Assembly: GCA_947632065.1 (NCBI GenBank)
Contig: CANRNO010000005.1
Coordinates: 1 to 59,591 of the forward strand
Direction of reading: 5' to 3'
Length of the DNA stretch: 59,591 nucleotides
Source: an uncultured Bacilli bacterium
Lineage (GTDB): Bacteria; Bacillota_I; Bacilli_A; RF39; UBA660
Under the pieces are notes generated by a model, which worked only from the letters and a program-made list of their open reading frames with translations, searched no databases and had not been told where the DNA came from. Shown here one piece after another: positions 56,942 to 59,591 of the stretch (the first letter of the stretch is position 1; the number at the start of each line of letters is the position of its first letter). A program made the position numbers and the translations under genes.

Positions 56942-58237
56942 ATGAAGAAGAATATTACTACATTGCCTGCGGATACTTATTTGGTAGTTAATAAAACTAA
57001 TATAGTTGAGTCTGATCGTAAGATTATTACTATGCTTTATCAACCTATTATTGGATATACTTCAGTTAGTTTGTATTTTACTTTAATAGATGATTTAGAA
57101 AAGTCTATTGATGAGTTTACTCATCATCATTTAATGACTATTATGCAACTTAAACTTGATGATATTGTGAGTGCTAGAGAAAGATTAGAGGCAGTTGGAC
57201 TTTTAAAAACTTATATTAAACCTGGTAATGTTAATAAATATATTTATCAAATATATTCTCCTATATCTGCTCATGATTTTTTTAATCATCCAATACTTAA
57301 TGTAGTACTTTATAATAATATAGGTAAGAAAGAGTATGAAGAGGCTTTATCATATTATAAAGTACCTAGAATTAATTTAAGAGATTATGATGATATCACT
57401 TCAAAGTTTGATGATGTTTTTAAAACTTATCCTGGACATGGAGTAGAGGGTAATACTGATATAATAAAACATGAAAGTAATAAAATATCTTTAAATAAAG
57501 AAATTGATTTTGATATGTTAATATCTAGTATTCCTAAGAGTATGGTTAGTGATAGGTGTTTTAATAAAGATGTTAAATATTTAATTAATTCTTTGAGTTA
57601 TGCTTATAATATAGATACTTTAAATATGTTAGGACTCGTTAGAGATTCTATTAATGAGAAAGGACTTATTGATCAAAAACTATTAAGAAAGAGTTGTCGT
57701 AATTTTTATCAATTTGAAAATGGGGGTAGACTTCCTACTTTGATTTATACAAAACAACCTAGTTTTTTAAAGAAACCTGAAGGAGATAATTCTAAATGGG
57801 CTAAGATGGTTTATACTTTTGAAAATATTTCTCCATATGACTTTTTAAAGAGTAGATGTAAAGGTGGGGAACCTACTAATAGAGATGTTAGACTTATAGA
57901 GAGTCTACTTGTTGATCAAAAACTTAAACCTGGTGTTGTTAATGTGCTTATATATTATGTTTTAAAGATGAATAATCAAAAACTTAATAAGAGTTATATA
58001 GAAAGTATTGTTGGACAATGGAAAAGACTTAATATTGAGACTGTAGAGGAAGCTATGAGGATTACTGAAAAAGAACATAAGAAGAATAAGAAATTATTTA
58101 ATAAGAATAAGATAATTAATAAGAAGAAAAAACGTGAAGAAGAACTTCCTGCATGGTTTAATGAGAATTTAGATAATTTATCTGCTTCTAAAGATGAAGA
58201 GGAAGAAATGGAGAAAATACTTAATGAACTTGCATAA
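56942..58237 (+). CDS. DnaD-domain replication initiation / helicase-loading protein (Firmicute DnaB-like)
   Basis: N-terminal wHTH-like region (MLYQPIIGYTSVSLYFTL) and C-terminal DnaB_2/DnaD repeat (VNVLIYYVLKMNNQKLNKSYIESIVGQWKRLNIETVEEAM). AAAGGAGG RBS. Confidence 0.65.
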   Translation: MKKNITTLPADTYLVVNKTNIVESDRKIITMLYQPIIGYTSVSLYFTLIDDLEKSIDEFTHHHLMTIMQLKLDDIVSARERLEAVGLLKTYIKPGNVNKYIYQIYSPISAHDFFNHPILNVVLYNNIGKKEYEEALSYYKVPRINLRDYDDITSKFDDVFKTYPGHGVEGNTDIIKHESNKISLNKEIDFDMLISSIPKSMVSDRCFNKDVKYLINSLSYAYNIDTLNMLGLVRDSINEKGLIDQKLLRKSCRNFYQFENGGRLPTLIYTKQPSFLKKPEGDNSKWAKMVYTFENISPYDFLKSRCKGGEPTNRDVRLIESLLVDQKLKPGVVNVLIYYVLKMNNQKLNKSYIESIVGQWKRLNIETVEEAMRITEKEHKKNKKLFNKNKIINKKKKREEELPAWFNENLDNLSASKDEEEEMEKILNELA

Positions 58238-58286
58238 AGTTCTTTTTTTTGGTATAATATGTCCTACATTTTTGGGGGTTTTAGTT

Positions 58287-58835
58287 ATGAGTAAATATGC
58301 TAAAAGGGAAATTAAAAGAAGGATTTTTTATATACTTTATACAGTTGTTTTTGTTGTGGTATCAACTTATATTTGGCTTGGTTATAGAGATAATATAAAA
58401 ACAAGTAGAAATATTTCTTTTAGTAGAGTTGCTTATGCTGAAAAGTTAGATTTTAAAGAGATTACAGAGCCCTTAGATGTAAATTCAGATAAGTTAACAG
58501 AAGAAGATGAATATAAATTTTCTATTACTAATAAATCATCAAAAACTATTAGTTATTTAGTATCTTTTAGAAGTGATACTAATAAAATAGGAAGTGATGG
58601 ATGTAGTAGAATTATTCCTAATAATTATATTAAGTATCGTATTAAGAAAAATGATGAAGAGTATAGTTCTATTAGAAATTTAGCTGTTGATGGTAAGATA
58701 TATTTAGATAATTTAGACAGTGGTGATACATCAGTTTTTAGTATTATGTATTGGATTGATGATAGTGCGTATAATGATGTAAAGAATGGACATTTTCATA
58801 GTAAAATTGCGTTAATTAATAATAATTATTCTTAA
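58287..58835 (+). CDS. Membrane-anchored small protein resembling the N-terminal domain of the giant surface proteins
   Basis: GGGGG lies 8 nt before ATG 58287. One N-terminal TM. YKFSITN...YIKYRI...GKIYLDNL...FSIMYWIDDS...FHSKIAL parallels YFDFNVT...YVKVYL...GKLLYQNE...YRLRIWVADT...FKMRVDV. Confidence 0.5.
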   Translation: MSKYAKREIKRRIFYILYTVVFVVVSTYIWLGYRDNIKTSRNISFSRVAYAEKLDFKEITEPLDVNSDKLTEEDEYKFSITNKSSKTISYLVSFRSDTNKIGSDGCSRIIPNNYIKYRIKKNDEEYSSIRNLAVDGKIYLDNLDSGDTSVFSIMYWIDDSAYNDVKNGHFHSKIALINNNYS

Positions 58836-58893
58836 AATAATTGTTATTTAGTCTCTTCTATGTTAAACTTAAAAGAGTGAAAAGGTGATTTTA

Positions 58894-59394
58894 ATGTTTA
58901 ATAAATCGAATGAAGATTTTTGTAGTATAGTACAAGATATTTTAGATAATAAAGAGTTTCAAGAAATGAAGTCTATAGCACATCATGGTATTACTAGATA
59001 TCATCATTTACTTCGTGTTTCTTATTATACATATATTGTTACTAAGTTTTTAAGACTTGATTATAAGAAGTCTACTAGGGCAGCTTTACTTCATGATTTT
59101 TTCTATAATGAAGAGGGGGAAAATCATAGTAAGGCTCGTGTTTGGAGAATGCATCCTGAGTATGCTGTTAAGAATGCTGAGAGAGTTTTTGGTTCTCTTA
59201 GTGAGAAAGAAAAGGATATTATAAGAACTCATATGTTTCCTGTTACATTTACACCACCTAAGTATTTAGAAAGTTGGATTGTAGATTTTATTGATGATAT
59301 AGCAGGTATATATGAAAAGACTTATAGTTTACGTATTGAATTTAATACAGTTAGTAGTTTTTTAATGTTTATATTTATTAGTTATTTTCATTAA
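58894..59394 (+). CDS. HD domain phosphohydrolase-family protein
   Basis: HHGITRYHHLLRVS ... ALLHDFF (H...HD signature). Confidence 0.7.
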   Translation: MFNKSNEDFCSIVQDILDNKEFQEMKSIAHHGITRYHHLLRVSYYTYIVTKFLRLDYKKSTRAALLHDFFYNEEGENHSKARVWRMHPEYAVKNAERVFGSLSEKEKDIIRTHMFPVTFTPPKYLESWIVDFIDDIAGIYEKTYSLRIEFNTVSSFLMFIFISYFH

Positions 59395-59442
59395 ACATGA
59401 AATGGTTTCATGTTTTTTCTTTTTGTGATAAAATATATTTAT

Positions 59443-59519
59443 GTCTTTGTAGCTCAGTTGGATAGAGCAATCGCCTCCTAAGCGATAGGTCGGCAGTTCG
59501 AATCTGCCCAAGGACACCA
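59443..59519 (+). tRNA. tRNA-Arg (anticodon CCT)
   Basis: Cloverleaf read by hand. Acceptor GTCTTTG/CAAGGAC, D arm GCTC-AGTTGGATA-GAGC, anticodon arm ATCGC-CTCCTAA-GCGAT, T arm GGCAG-TTCGAAT-CTGCC, encoded CCA. Confidence 0.9.
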
Positions 59520-59561
59520 TTGGGAAATCTGGTCGAACTTTTTTCGACATTGATATATAGG

Positions 59562-59587
59562 TCAACCTAAAAATAGGTTGATTTTTC
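59562..59587 (+). terminator. Rho-independent terminator after tRNA
   Basis: TCAACCTA-aaaa-TAGGTTGA followed by TTTTT. Confidence 0.75.
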
Positions 59588-59591
59588 TTTT

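Noticed and set aside
59362-59565. 67-aa minus-strand ORF at the window end.
   Set aside because: It overlaps the tRNA-Arg gene and its terminator; the tRNA cloverleaf is unambiguous.

Overview
This is a very AT-rich chromosomal segment, and nearly every gene is on the + strand. Gene content points to a low-GC, spore-forming Firmicute (Erysipelotrichia/Clostridia-like). That placement is an inference from spoVID-ysxE-like, SleC-like and YqfQ/VrrA-like genes, a fused secDF, and hrcA-grpE-dnaK with CIRCE elements.

Most of the window is core housekeeping:
- murF-like, topA, xerC, comN-like/secDF, relA, dtd, hisS
- parE/parC
- a Fur-family/[FeFe]-hydrogenase/rubrerythrin operon
- the hrcA-grpE-dnaK-(insert)-dnaJ heat-shock operon
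- tgt, a DnaB/DnaD-like replication protein, and tRNA-Arg(CCT)

The non-core part lies at 46.3-56.8 kb. It holds a divergent XRE regulator and two paralogous surface proteins of about 1150-1200 aa. These bracket a YqfQ/VrrA-like gene, a PilC/GspF-like platform protein and an A24 prepilin peptidase. Each giant protein has a TasA/camelysin-like signal peptide and N-domain, Cys-pair Ig-like repeats, and two copies of a lectin-like domain.

The strongest signal in the window sits at the C-terminal end of all four lectin-like copies. Each carries a roughly 110-nt island that is GC-rich, adenine-depleted and rich in NNC codons, and that is hypervariable between copies while flanked by near-identical sequence. 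This resembles the variable regions of diversity-generating retroelement (DGR) targets. However, no reverse transcriptase or template repeat is present in this window, and the four islands cannot all derive from one template.

Smaller oddities:
- an orphan MazF/PemK-like gene plus pepF inserted between dnaK and dnaJ
- a MurF-like ligase with a membrane N-terminus
- two short HEXXH paralogs flanking hisS
- a zinc-peptidase homolog lacking HEXXH
- a direct-repeat-bounded 283-bp cassette upstream of a Fic gene

I saw no CRISPR array, IS element or prophage.
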